From contig OX597831.1 in NCBI GenBank assembly GCA_951406725.2, positions 36,332,001-36,396,000 on the forward strand: a stretch of DNA of 64,000 bases, given 5' to 3'. The DNA comes from Octopus vulgaris. Its lineage: Eukaryota. The notes beneath the pieces are model-generated. The model saw nothing but the letters and a program-made list of their open reading frames with translations, searched no databases and was not told where the DNA came from. Numbering within the stretch: position 1 is the stretch's first letter; each line of letters begins with the position of its first letter. This document shows positions 36,843-50,469 of the stretch, in pieces. The translations under genes were made by a program, and so were the position numbers.

Positions 36843-37161
36843 GGATAAGATCGTTAATTCAAAATAAAATAACGATTTTATCAAGTGGCCAGTATGGAAA
36901 AAATGACCTTCAAAGGTAATAATTATTAAAATTATAATCTAAAACCACCTTAATTGTCTGTGTGTATTCTACTGACGAGGCAAAGCATTCCTAAACGCAA
37001 ATTCAGAAACCCGGGATCTAGAATTATCCAGTAATTTTTACTAGCTTCAACTTGTCTCTGTTTTCCCTCCGTGTTTGCGATATGGACAATTAAGGTGGTT
37101 TTAGAGTCAGATCATGGTTGCTAGTTTCAGCATGGTGGTATCTCGCAGACACCCTAATTTA

Positions 37162-37165
<4 letters not shown>
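36841..37165 (+). mobile_element. (TA)n-flanked ~325-bp element: 21-bp inverted repeat enclosing an HHR-like motif
   Basis: Perfect IR 36938-36958 / 37085-37105. ATTCTA-CTGACGA...GAAACCCGGG-ATC-TAGAAT at 36966-37024. Confidence 0.6.
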
Positions 37166-37213
<48 letters not shown>

Positions 37214-39121
37214 ATAATTAGAAAATGGGACAACCAGTTGTCCCATTTTTCTAATTATGCAAATTATTAATAGCAAAAAAAAAACGTCGTAACCCATTAT
37301 CATATGTGTAAGAATTTTGAAAACTCTCGTCAGTTGATCAAAATAGGCTGAAGTAGATTAGATCCAACAAAAGCAAAACATGTGCTCAACAGGCCTCTTG
37401 CTTACAAACAACGACCATGTAAATTTTATGAAAGTAATTCTCAATTTCTTGAAATTCTCTCCCTTTCATTTGGAGTCAGTAATATTGAAATTAACGACCG
37501 TCGAAAACTCGTATGACTCGGTAGTGTGTGCTCTGCTTTCTCTAACTGTTTGGTATCTGTGTGCAGTTGTGAGCGGACCACAACCTACCTGAAACTCTAC
37601 CTTGCCTTTTGACCTAACATAATATCTAAATAATAATAATAGGTGGAGGAAGATAGGGCTGCACCAGTACTTGGCTGGTATACATTTTCAGCAGAGCAGA
37701 CGGCAGCAATGTGAAGTAAAGAGTCTTGCTCAAAGAGGCAATGTGTTCTTCAGTCCAGGAACCGAACCCAAGAACTTGCAATCGTGATGTCAACATTTAA
37801 AGTAAATTAGGCCGTGTACTTTTACGGCGGTAACAAATACTGCTGTGTTTCTCCGATAAAAGAGGAATTTGAATGAGCAAGAAGCATTTTGCATGCATCG
37901 TTTAATACATTAACCGTTAATTTATTTATCTAAGTTCAGTGCCATTGACCCGCTTGAGTTATTTCCCTTTGAGCATTTTAATTTTAGCTATAAAATAAAT
38001 TATGCGACTTGATACCATAAATACAACACGAGAGTGCGTGTGTGCACGCCCCTATTAATACAATTGCTGTAGTTTTTACAACAGAAAATCACAGAAATAT
38101 TCACTACTCTGTTGCATTACTTTCCATCTCATTTAGTTAATAGTCGCAAAATGCACAATTTTAATCAAGCCTGCTGAAAGCCGTTCGCCTTTCTTTGAAG
38201 AATACACTTCTAAATAATTGTTGTTCCCGAGTTTAATACATTTAAAATGTAGTACTCTCTATAATTAACTCTTACTCTGATTAAAATCAAATAGGAAAAA
38301 CGAACGGATTTGCAGGAGCTCTTTCACTTAAAGATTAAACACAGCACTTTGATTTACTTTCTTAAAGTGGCATCGGAAACAATTCAAACGTTTCTTAATC
38401 GGTAACTGATAATTGCAAGAATTTGAAAGCGTTTGTCTTGGAATTCATATTATTAAGAGGAAAATCCTCTATTAGAGAAGCTAACAAAAGATTGAGAGCG
38501 GGGAAAGAAAATGAAAAATATAAACAATTCTACGTAAAAAGATAAGATTTTCCTTTCGAAAGTTGTTACCACTCTGAACAATAATAGATGGAAACGTGCA
38601 AATGGAAATAATTTATAGTATAAGGGATATAAGGGTGCTTGGTTTTACTATCAGTTTAAATTTCTGAATACAACTTGAATCACTAAAAGTATAATCTATC
38701 TGTCTATCTATCTATCTATCTACACCAAGAAAAATTGTGGGAGTACATAATCAATTCTTAACTTAATCTGACACAGCGTTATAGTAACGATAGGATTTAC
38801 TCAATGAGAATAGACTTAGCTATCGATATCTCCAGTAAATTAATGTATTCTTTACAAAGCATTGTTTATTTCTAGGTCAACCCTGCTAAAACCGAACCAT
38901 GAACAAACATTTTATCTATGACTATCCAGCCTTTGTAGACGTTTATAGGAATTCATAGCTTCCACTTTTATTTTTAAGACGAAAATACGTGATTTGGATG
39001 TAATTGATATTTATTAGCAGTTGAAAAAACAGCGTAAGCGGGTTACTTTTGTTGCTATCGTTGTTGATCTTCAGGATCGTATTCACCCAAATTGAGCTAC
39101 TCATGAACATCTCGTCTGTTG

Positions 39122-39419
39122 AGTTGTTATTTGTTCCTTCTCGAGCCAAGCCTGGCTCAATAGGGCCGGTTTCCCGGTTTCATTGGCGTATAGGTTCCCC
39201 ATCTGGACGGGAAGCCGGTCCGTCGCTAGATGTAGGAGGAAAGAGTGAGAGGAAGTTGTGGCGAAAGAGTCATCAGAAGTTCGCTATTACCTTCTGCTGG
39301 AGCCGTGTGGAGCTTAGGTGTTTCGCTCATAAACGCACACATCGCCCAGTCTGAGATTCGAACCAGCGATCCCTCGACCATAAGTGCGCTGCTCTAACCA
39401 CCAGGCCATGTGCCTCCAT
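39122..39419 (-). mobile_element. SINE family D
   Basis: Reverse tRNA-like head (ctctaaccaccaggccatg), body shared with 43925. Confidence 0.8.
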
Positions 39420-40934
39420 AAAGGTTATATAGGACAACATTATCTAAGGTTTCCGCTGATACGTGTAAGCTTAGTTATTTACGTTAAATATTCGGATTTG
39501 GACGGTCAAAGTTGCAATGTTGCTTTGGGGTCGTGTTTACCACGGCTACGGCATCTGAGTCTCTTAAGCGACGTTACAACTTCGTTGGTTGCGGAATTCG
39601 AACACTGTTTGCTGTAAACCATTGTTTTCCAACCTATTTCCCCTCAGGCTCAACTATAACTTTCCAGAAAAATATATGCTCCACCAGTGGTTGGAAAAAA
39701 ATCAACAAAAATATTTTATCACAATTATTTGAATCTACTGGTAATTCTTTTATTAAGTAGTGAGTATTGACATCTAATAATTACATACTTTCCTTAAATA
39801 AATATCCGCACTAAGGCATTAGAATAATACTATACTGTAACAAATAGTCTTGATACAGTATGTTTGGCTGGAGCGATTGGCTTGGCTAGGCTGAATATAG
39901 ATGTATTATGTTTGCTGTGATAAAAAAGATTTCCACAATTCTATATCCCACTAAAAAAAAGAAAGAAATTTTGGATCCTTAGCCCCACCATAATTTTCCC
40001 AGGCGCCACCGACGGGGCGTATACCCCACATTGGGTAATCACTGCTGTAAACTTTATAGCCATACTAACCACTACACCTAAGCGGCAGAACAAATTTGAC
40101 CATGAAAATAAAAGAATATTCAGCTTAATTTTTCACAATTACACCTGTCAGTGGCTTATCAATGGAGATTGAAATGCAGATAAAACCTGCGTGAAGGTTG
40201 AAATTGAAATAGATATAACTGAAAGACGAAACCGCTTTATGTCTGAACATGCCGACATATTGCCTATTCTTGTTAGGTTACATCTCATATCAAACTACTT
40301 TGCATTTTAATACTCTGAAGCATTAACTAATAAATTCGTATTTTCATTTTTCACCACGCATACTTATTTGTGACGTGGTATTATTATCAGCCTATTCCTT
40401 TGGTCTGGAAGGCAACAACCGGAATCGTCTAATTGTGGATGCAAAATGCAGATATTGCAATTTTTGATAAAGTAAAATTAAATTATTTTGACACAATTTT
40501 AATAATCTAAAATTTATTATAGAATTTTACGAAGCTAAATGCAATAATTTTAATTGGATGAATTATACAACCCATATCAATATCGATTAAATAATATAAA
40601 TGAATAACTGCATAATTGTTATGATTGGAATTTCACAGAGAGTTAGCAAAATTTGCCGTAAGGACCAAACTAGCACCGAAGTTTATCTGTTCTGCGAGAA
40701 CTCCTTCAGATTTGATACAAGTATTAATTACATTAAATATAATTCCAACATGTTATTTAGGCAATTTTACTTTCATATAATAATTCAACAAATGTGCTGT
40801 GGATATCGTTCGTAACTTAGATCGTGCGATGATATCCAACTGTATATTGTCTCAGACAATATGATAATATGATTATAAGTGTATTTGCACCATTTCAGAT
40901 CATTCATGTTGATTACACACATCCATGATATCGG

Positions 40935-41525
40935 TTTCAAATTATGGCACAGGGCCAGCAGTTTCGGGGGATGGGGTAAGTCGATTTCATTGGCCTCAGT
41001 GCTTCGCTGGTACTTATTTTATCGACCCTGAAAAGATGAAAGGCAAAGTCAACTCCGACGGCATTTGACCTCAGAATGTGAAGTCGCAAGAAAATGCTAC
41101 TATGTAGTTTTCCGGTCATAGCAGCGATTCTGTCAGCTCGCCGTCCGATACACATCTATAATATTGATTACTAATTCTGGTAAAAGTCCAGCAATTTCAG
41201 AGCGGGGGGGGGTAAATCGATTGCACCGATCCCTGTACTCAACTGGTACTTGTTTTATCAAGCTCAAAATGATGAAAGTCAGAGTCAACAGCGGCAGAAT
41301 TTGAACTCAGAACGTGAAGTAGGACGAAATGTCACTAAGCATTTTGTCTGGCTACACACATCTGCACACGGGACTAAACATAGAGGAGACAAACAAGGAC
41401 AGACAAAGGGATTAAGTCGATTACAGCGCGTGACTGGTACTTATTTAATCGATCCCGAAAGATTGAAAGGCAAAGTCGACCTCGGTGGAATTTGAACTCA
41501 GAACGTAATGGCAGACGAAATACCA
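40935..41525 (-). mobile_element. Cluster of SINE family B copies
   Basis: Three central domains (tgaaag.c...gtc.ac..cgg...atttga.ctcagaa). Confidence 0.8.
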
Positions 41526-41649
41526 CATATATATAATATTACAAGAACTGCAAGGTCAGAAAATACTTCAGCAATGATTTAAATGATGATCTTCAGCTCA
41601 GCTCAGATGCAACCTAAACTGTAAAACAAAATGTTCACATCTCTGTAAT

Positions 41650-42030
41650 TGAAATACATTTTTGCTCCTATGGCTGCACCACGCATCGTACTACTTCTTG
41701 AGTAGCTCTTACTGTACGGCTGATAGGTGTACATGAATCCCCGTCATGCTGCAAGCAATGCTGTTGCATGCTCTTTCTGGTTTTTCTTTTATCTCTGGCT
41801 TTCTCTGCTTCACCGAATTCTGCTCCTTTGATCAACCAAACAAGCTGCGAAACATTTCTACCTAATACAGTATCTGTAGCCATTATTCATCATGTCTCTC
41901 ATGTCTTAATACCATACCTTGCTGTACCTCCCCATAAATTTTATTAATCACTTTTTCCCCAGTGTTACAAACATCCAAAATCCCAAGCTTGCCCATAGTG
42001 AGATTGCTTATAAATACGATAGTTTTCTTT
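41650..42030 (-). mobile_element. Degenerate LINE 3' fragment (possibly RTE-type)
   Basis: Broken frame with EAEKARDKRKTRK followed by a decayed Cys/His region, as in RTE C-termini. Confidence 0.35.
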
Positions 42031-42035
42031 TTCTA

Positions 42036-43321
42036 TCGGGTCATCTCATAAGTTCTGTCCGAATTTTGAATAAAGAAAACAAGTGAATAAATGTTATATT
42101 TAATTGAAATTTAATCATCAATGTACTTTCCTTGATTATCTATGACTTCCTTCCATCTATTTACAAGCTTTTTATCCCATCATTGTAAAACACTTGATTT
42201 CAAAGCGAAGAACTCTGAAATGTCAGTTTTGACCTCCTGCTGGCTTGCGAAAGTTATGTCCCTCAAATGATACTGTAAACTACGAAACAAATGGTAGTCT
42301 GAAGGAGCAAGGTCGGGAGAATAAGGTGGATGAGGAATTTTTTTCCTAACCAAACTCTTCGATCTTCTGTGATGTGATCTTTGCAGTGTGGGGTCGCGCA
42401 TTGTCCTGGTAAAATATCACTCCTTTTCTATTCACTAAAGCGGGTCTTTTTTCTTCAAAGCTTAGTTCAAACGCTCTAATTGCTGACAGTAGACTTGAGC
42501 ATCGATTGTTGCATTAGCTGGTAACAATTCAAAGTGAATTACTCCTTTGCAATCCCACCAGATAGAGAGAAGAACCTTTTCCCCATGAAGTTCCTTTCTC
42601 GGTTGTGGTTGAGCTTTTCCCCTTTTACCAAGCTACTGTTTACGACGTTTAACATTTCGATAGAAGATCCATTTTTCGTCACCAGCCACAAGTCTATCGA
42701 AAAACGGTGAAAGGAGTTCGCGTCAATGGAGAGAAGAGCAGATGTCAACTCAGGATTTGCCGTTGGTTTCAGACAATTCACGAAGCACCCATTTTACAAG
42801 TTTAGGAACCTTTCCAAGTTGTTGAAGATGAACGATAAACAGTTGTATGGTTTGAACTACGCTTTATTGCCAATTCTTCAATTGATAATGCAGGTTTTTC
42901 TTCAAGTAATGCCCCAACGAGCTTATCATCAAACTCAACTGAACGTCCTGTTCGATCTTCAGCTTCAAGGCTGAAATCTCCACTTCTGAATTTTGCAAAC
43001 CATCTTCTGCAAGTTTTTTAATTCAAGCATTCTTTCCCATAAACTGAGTGTATGTTTCGAGTCGCTTCGGCTGCAGAGTTTCCTTTTTTGTACTCATAAA
43101 GCATTTTATGCCTCAAATGCTCTTTGGATACTTCCATGTTAGAAAAGGCTTTAATCAAAGAAATTTTAATTCTATTATTCTGTAAAATAATATTTAATTA
43201 GTTTAAATGTACACAAATGCATAAGAATAATTTTGAATCCCATTAGACATTCTAAAATACTATTAAATTTCATTCAATTTTAAAAAAGGTAAAATCGGAC
43301 AGAACTTATGGGATGACCTGA
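42036..43321 (-). mobile_element. Full-length decayed mariner (DD34D)
   Basis: TIRs tcgggtcatctcataagttctgtccga / tcggacagaacttatgggatgacctga with TA on both sides. Confidence 0.92.
42111..43137 (-). pseudogene. Mariner transposase pseudogene
   Basis: MEVSKEHLRHKMLYEYKKGNSAAEATRNIHSVYG..., PHPPYSPDLAPSDYHLF, ...GKYIDD*; several stops and frameshifts. Confidence 0.92.
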
Positions 43322-43924
43322 TACTTGGCACTTAATGTCCATGTGTCTGAAAAGAGTATAGTTTATTCAAATTTCAAAAATGATGAACAAAAGTTGTAGA
43401 GGAAGAATAGAGCCCCACCAACACTACTGCCCCTCCCCTATAAAACAGTCCGATAAAAATAGTTTCGGTGTCGAGTCAAATAACATTGAGATGTGTTAAA
43501 AGTAAATGGAAAAAAAGAAAAGAAAAATGAACGTATTCATCTGACGGCACCAAATATTTTCGGTGTAAGAATGTTCAAACTGAACTTCTGCAATAACCTA
43601 ACTAGCCTCAAGAGCTCTACAAATTACATGGAATTTGGTCTTTTCATTTTTCTGCGGTCTAATAATAAAAGAAGTATCTTAGTTTACGTGAGAGCTCATG
43701 AAAATGTCATTGCCAAATTCACGTCACTGAGTGCAAGGAAACAAGAAATATTTGACAACCTAGGGCCAAGAGGATACATTTCGGCAAACTAGAACTTCCA
43801 ACTGGATTAGTCTCTGATACCTTAAAATATGACTTACAAGACCACTCCAAGTTTAGCCATTAAGTTAGAAATGGTTAGGACCAAACTTAGATAAGTTTTA
43901 CATATATATGCATATGTATATATG

Positions 43925-44140
43925 TATATATTGTTTATTGAGCGAAAACATCTAAAGCTCCACGAGGTTCCGGCAGGGGGTGGTGGTGACCCCTGTTTTA
44001 CTCTTTCGCCCCAACTTTCTCTCACTCTTTCTTCCTGTTTCTTGACTAACGCCTCGATGGACTGGCGTCCTGTCCAGCTGGGAGGAACACATACGCCACA
44101 GAAACTAGCCCCATGAGCCTGGCTAGGCTTGAAATAAAAA
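43925..44140 (+). mobile_element. SINE family D body/tail
   Basis: tgtttattgagcgaaaacatctaaagctccacgagg... Confidence 0.75.
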
Positions 44141-44158
44141 TAAATATATGTATATATA

Positions 44159-44327
44159 GGCGCAGGAGTGGCTGTGTGGTAAGTAGCTTGCTTACCAACC
44201 ACATGGTTCCGGGTTCAGTCCCACTGCGTGGCACCTTGGTCAGGTGTCTTCTACTATAGCCTCGGGCCAACCAAAGCCTTGTGAGTGGATTTGGTAGACG
44301 GAAACTGAAAGAATCCCGTCGTATATG

Positions 44328-44361
<34 letters not shown>

Positions 44362-44585
44362 CATGTGTGTTTGTGCGTCTGTGTTTGTCCCCCAGCATTG
44401 CTTGACAACCGATGCTAGTGTGTTTATGTCTCCGTCACTTAGCGGTTCGGCAAAATTGACCGATAGAATAAGTACTGGGCTTACAAAGAATAAGTCCCGG
44501 GGTCGAGTTGCTCGATTAAAGGCGGTGCTCCAGCATGGCCGCAGTCAAATAACTGAAACAAGTAAAATAGTAAAAGAGAAAAGAG
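44159..44585 (+). mobile_element. SINE family A, full length
   Basis: ggcgcaggagtggctgtgtggtaag head, ccgggttcagtccc B-box-like motif, gtaaaagag tail. Confidence 0.9.
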
Positions 44586-45596
44586 TATATGTGTGTTAAT
44601 TTCTAAATAGATTGCCGACGACACAGACTTGCAAATCTAATCTCTGATTCCACATTTCAACTCTGGGTTTACACTGCAACCTCTCAAATACTCACCCTTT
44701 CTTTCGTCTATCCCTTTCTCGTTAGCCATACCATGCCTTCCCACAGGCCGTAACCCAATCACTACGTATAATAGTTACTTTCCAAAACATCGTTGTGAAA
44801 AATCCCTCCTGTACATATTTGTTTTGCAGCTGTTGACTTGTAACTGTTAAGGCTGAATGTTAAACACATCAATCGCAGCGTTTCAGGAGCTTGTAAATGC
44901 CAAGACCACAGATGTTATTCCCTTTATTTATCGTAGTCTCAAATGCGACTCGAAACAACACCACTTTTACTGATGCTTTGTCGTAATTACTGCCAGGCCA
45001 CACAGGCCTTCAAATGTTTTTTTGCAGATTCCGTGAGAATCTCTCTCTACCAGATACAAATAGTAACGAAATAGCAGTGAAATAACATTTAAATCAATCA
45101 AATTCTGCGGTTTTAAAAACAAAAAAAAAAGCACACCTGACACCTGACGCCGGAAGATCTTTGATTATAGATCTGCAATAGGAACTAACTTGGGGCTAAA
45201 AATCACCAAGGGTTTCATCTGGCATAAAAATATCCATATGGTCTACCTTGTAAGAGCTCGGAGTTCCTTATATTGGTTTCAAGGTTTGGCACAATGCCAA
45301 TAGTTTTGGGGAAAGGAATAAGTTGATTAAATCAACCACAATGTCCTCCTGGTACTTATTTTATCGACCGCGAAAGGAATTTGAACACAGAACGCAAAGA
45401 CGGACAAAATGCCGCTAAGCATTTTGTCCGGTGTGTCAGCTCACCTCCTTTTGAGATCGTTATATTGTAAGTCTGATTCCGTTGTAATAGCAGAGATTCG
45501 ATCCGGAAACCTATACTTCGTTATCTAAACATTGGCTAAAATATAGTAACCTACGATTAAATTTCATACATATAACTTGTATGAAAAATGGGAACG

Positions 45597-45665
<69 letters not shown>

Positions 45666-45734
45666 TGCCGAACGATCATGTGAGTGCTGAACACCGCATT
45701 GGTGGATATATAATTTCTTTATATCTGATATATA

Positions 45735-45798
<64 letters not shown>

Positions 45799-45939
45799 GT
45801 CTTTTGAAAGACTGAGTATTTCAAAATGCAGCCCCCAACCCGAACTTCAGCCTATCTACGTTCTCGGATCTTAAGTAAAATCGAAATACTTAAGTTGTAG
45901 AAAATCCAGGTGTCACAATGGTAAGAACCATCATTGATG

Positions 45940-46057
45940 CAGGTCTGAAGAAGCGCCACTCTAATGTTTAAAACCCCAAATATGTCAAATTTTCCCATGG
46001 AACTTTTTTGTAAGCTGGCGTTAAAAACAGTATTGGTACAGAAACAATTGTAACTGG
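45940..46057 (+). ncRNA. Type I HHR motif with a long stem II insertion, inside a (TA)n-flanked element (45797-46147)
   Basis: CAGGT-CTGAAGA-AGCGCCA...TGGCGTT...GAAAC-AATT-GTA-ACTG. Palindromic ACAATTGT stem III, GUA site. Confidence 0.65.
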
Positions 46058-46144
46058 TCATTAAAGATGTGATAAATTCATTCTTTGTCTTCCTCTTTGG
46101 ATTTTGTGTGTATGTGTGTGTGTGTGCGAACAGACTCTTTGGCA

Positions 46145-46195
<51 letters not shown>

Positions 46196-48254
46196 TGATA
46201 GGTATATATTTGTACCTGTGATTTGCAAACTTGTATTGAGCAAGAGATAAATGTTTACAAAAGCCATCGTTATCGACTGTCCTATCTCCTCAAGCGTATT
46301 GTATGAGGAATCCGTACTTTTACTAGAGAGAATGTATAAACGAAGAGAGCCTAGAAACAAATATATAAACTCAGTGAAACTTTCATGTACATTAAATTTT
46401 CGACGTTGTTGTTGTTTAACTTCCTATCAGCCCTGAATAAAAAGTCCTATGATTAAAAGCCACGTCATGTTTGAAAGTGTATACAAGACTGTTGTCTTTC
46501 AAATATGGCTGCGTGTGATCTGAGGTGATTTCGTGGCTATTTCCTGCAAGTCATTTCAACTTCATGGACGGCTTCACATCGTTTCATCTGTAGACATTAG
46601 CTTTCGATCAGCTCTGTTTAAACATCCTTCTCAACAAATCGTTTCATCCATGACCAATCGGTCTTATTTGGGGACACTGTGTATCTAAGACATCTGTATA
46701 GCCCCATCAGATATTCTTTCGCTTATCTTTCTTCAATAAAATTACCACACAAATAACTTTTATTCCCGTTACAGGTAGAATTTAAATTTATTTAAAATCT
46801 TCCGGGCTTGAAACATTTGTCTGGAGCGCTTTGTCAATGGTTCTTATCTCATTACCAACATTCTTCTGTCTTTATGACTGCAACACTTAACATTCAATGG
46901 CTTATTCAACCTGGATGTAAATAAGCACCATGATCAGGTACAGCATTTACCCTAAGCAGTGACAAGCCTGCATAATTAACGATTAATTTGTTAGCTGTCA
47001 TCTCTGAGTTTCAATACGTTACTGAACAATACAGTGTAATAAACACTTTCAGGATACAGTATTGTCTCACAAATTGGGCGAGCAAATTCTGCCACAATTT
47101 CTCTCTTCTAATTCCTTCCTATAACTGAATTCATGATAAGTTGTGAGAAAGTTTACTTAATATATTATATATGATCTAATTTGTTTAGAATTCTTCGAAA
47201 AAATGTTAACTTCCTAGGCGTGTTCTAAGATTGGTCTGCAAGTATATTATTTTTCTCTCGTCTTAAGCCTGATTCTTGCATTCAAGCAGTCGGAGCGGAT
47301 TAAGGTTTTTCTTCAATATCGTCTTCATGAATAGATGCATGATCCAAATAATGTTGACTGACAGTTATTTCCCAGTAATACATTCTTTATCTTTTAATTA
47401 CCAGCATACTAAGCGTTGTAGCGTTAACAAAGATAAGGTATTAGAATTCGTTTATACCATATTGCAAGCAATAACATAGTTTAATTCCCTCCAAGCCATA
47501 TTTTCAGTGCAGTTAAGCATCGTAAGGTCAACATAGAATTATTTTGCAAGAATATAAAAAGAAATTGCAGGCGAAGAGTGAAGTATCTCCAACGGTTCAG
47601 TGTGTTCGTTCTTTAGTTAACAGAATTCTTCTTCTTCGACATCTACATACGTTTCCACAAAGTGTATTCTACAGCGTAAAAGATATTGTCACTCAACACT
47701 GGCAATTCTATTTTCCCCATTGAGTAAACAGAAGCTTACTAGATAAATGATTCCGAAATCGTGTACCGTGGTGCACTGATGCGCATGGAGATGCATTGAA
47801 ACTTTTCAAAACTATAATTTGCAGTTTTAGAAATTCCATATAAACGTTTGAGCGTCTTGGAACATTCTATTCATTCTTTTCTTATACACAAAAAACAACC
47901 AGCTTTCAAATTCGCTGAGGTCGACAATGCCTTTCTGAGTCGATAAATTAAGTGTCAGTTGCGTACTGGGGTCGATCTAATCGACTGCCCCGCACCCCCC
48001 AAAATTTCGGGCTTTGTAACTAGAATAGCAAAAGAAATTCGTTAGAGCGTCGGGAAAAAGTGCTATGTGTTATTCATTCTAGCTCTTTACGGTTTGAGTT
48101 CAAATTACGCCGAGGCCAGCTTTGCCTTTTATCCCACCAGACTCAATGAAGTAAGAATCAAGTATTGGGGTCAATGGAATCGACTGACCTAATCCCTTTA
48201 AAAGAAAATGTCCTGTGATAAACTCAGAAACGATTACACTTTGTTTTTATATAT

Positions 48255-48513
48255 CTTTTTATCCTTTACTTGTTTTAGTCATTTGACTGTGGCCATGCTG
48301 GAGCACCGCCTGGAAGAATTTTAGTAGAACTAATCGCCGACCCCAGTCCTTAATTTCTTTTTTAAGCCATGTATTTATTCTCTCGGTCTCTTTGGGGAAT
48401 CACTAAGTTACGGGGACGTAAACACACCAACACCGGTTGTCAAGTGGTGGTCTCACACACACATGTGCATACACACATACATACATACATATATATATAT
48501 GTATGTATGTATG

Positions 48514-48565
<52 letters not shown>

Positions 48566-48728
48566 CACGAGGGGCTTTTTCGTTTTCCATCTGCCAAATC
48601 CACTCACAAGGCTTTGGTCAGCCCGAGGCCATATTGGAAGACTGTTGCCTAAGTTGACATGCAGTGGGGATGAAGCAGGAACCATGTGGTTGGGAAGCAA
48701 ACTTCTTACCACACAGCCACGCCTGTGC
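48255..48728 (-). mobile_element. SINE family A
   Basis: Reverse match to 44159-44585. Confidence 0.85.
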
Positions 48729-48736
48729 CTATACAC

Positions 48737-48783
<47 letters not shown>

Positions 48784-48884
48784 GCGCGCACCCACACACA
48801 TATGCATATGTGTATGTGTACACATACACATACACGCACAAGCACACACACACACACACACATATATATACAAAAGATATATAG

Positions 48885-49323
48885 GGTAGCGAATATTTAT
48901 AAAAATTTCACTACTAGTGGCCTAGCAAGTATAAAAAATCAATAAACAACATATTTTCAATATAAAATAGTGTACATTTAAACACAAGAGAAAACTATCT
49001 TTCACAGGTAATTTTTACACCCTAGAAGAAGCAGTCAAAACGACCAAAACCACATCTAAGAGCCATTTTCGAAGGGAATGAAAAATAAAAACTGTTACCT
49101 TGTTATTTTTTTACGGTTATACCTAGGCTTCAGATTTCTTTAGCAAATAAAATAATTTGCTAGGCGAATCCTCGTCAGTAACCGTGCCTTAACAACTAAC
49201 ATATAATTTAGAGACAAATAACACGTGTAACATCATTATATGCTATAATTTTTCCAAATGCAGCTCTTCTTGTATCGTGTAAAAATTACCTGTTAAAGGT
49301 AGTTTTCTCTTGTGTTTAAATGT

Positions 49324-49326
<3 letters not shown>
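48885..49326 (-). mobile_element. Miniature PLE-type element: 50-bp inverted repeat enclosing an HHR
   Basis: IR 48971-49020 / 49277-49326, HHR 49113-49185, TA-rich flanks. Confidence 0.7.
49113..49185 (-). ncRNA. Type I HHR motif (GAAG core variant)
   Basis: ACGGTTA-CTGACGA-GGATT..TAGCAAAT-tatttt-ATTTGCTA..AATCT-GAAG-CCTAGG-TA-TAACCGT. Perfect 7-bp stem I. Confidence 0.72.
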
Positions 49327-49386
<60 letters not shown>

Positions 49387-49749
49387 TGAGAGAGAGAGAG
49401 ATACACACACACACAAGTATATATATATATATATATGTCAAATTTTTCTATATTTTATGTTTGTTCTAAATTTACACCTTGAAAACACTTTTTTCTTTCT
49501 ACATGCCAAGTGTGACGATAGTTTTCCTTTTTTCTTCTTTTTGATCTCCAATGTGACTCGAAATTGATTGAGAGCCACTTAAGAAATGGATGTCTTCCTT
49601 GAAGCATAACCTCTCACCGCAACGCGATAAGAGTCTGAAACTTTATTTTATGGTTCAAAAGATTAACAGATAGTATATTGATCTATTAAGTATGTGCGAT
49701 GAAGATTAATATTTTCGAATCCAAAATGCTATCATCGTACGTACTTTTG

Positions 49750-49953
49750 AGGCAGCGAGCCGGTAGTATCGCTGGTACGTCGGGCGAACTTCTTAGCGGC
49801 ATTTCGACCGTATTTATGTTCTGAGTTCAAATTCCACGGAGGTCGACTTTGCCTTTCATCCTTTCGGGGATCGATAAAATAAATGCCAGTTGAGTATTGG
49901 GTTCGCTGCAATCGACTAGCCCCTTACCTGAAGTTGCCGGCATTATGCCAAAA
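49750..49953 (+). mobile_element. SINE family B
   Basis: gagttcaaattcc...gcctttcatcctttcgggg.tcgataaa. Confidence 0.8.
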
Positions 49954-50469
49954 TAGTTATTAATTCTGCCAGAAATATTAACCAAATCCCTTTCCTTTAA
50001 ACGAACCCCTACTAGCTTAAAGAAAATGACAAGAAATAGCATCTAAAGTAATAATGTACTGCCACAGGTGTAGTGCATTTGGTAATTGATTTTTCTCAGT
50101 AAGTTCCAATGTTTAATCAATATTCAATTGAATTTTCAATTTCAAAAGTTATATTTAAAATGGAGATCAAAGTGTATCGTTTACAATTAATTCTATGCAT
50201 CACCTTACCCCGAAGTTGCCGGCTTTATGTCAAAATATAAAACCACGATATAGGCTTGTATATGAGCTCGCTCACTTTGTACACTGAATTCCTCATACAA
50301 CCGATTATATGCTTGAAGTGTTCAGTTTAATAATATAAGCCCGTGAGTTCTGTTGCCAGATGATTAACCCGGACACTATTGACTGAAAAGAAAGAAGATT
50401 TCTGTCTAAAATAAGAATATATTATCACAAATGGAAAGCTCATGATCTTAGATTTGTTCATTAAGTGCA

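Noticed and set aside
45664-45727. 60-bp island between two (TA)n tracts
   Set aside because: Probably a tiny element tail, but it has no recognisable motif, hairpin or second copy in the window.
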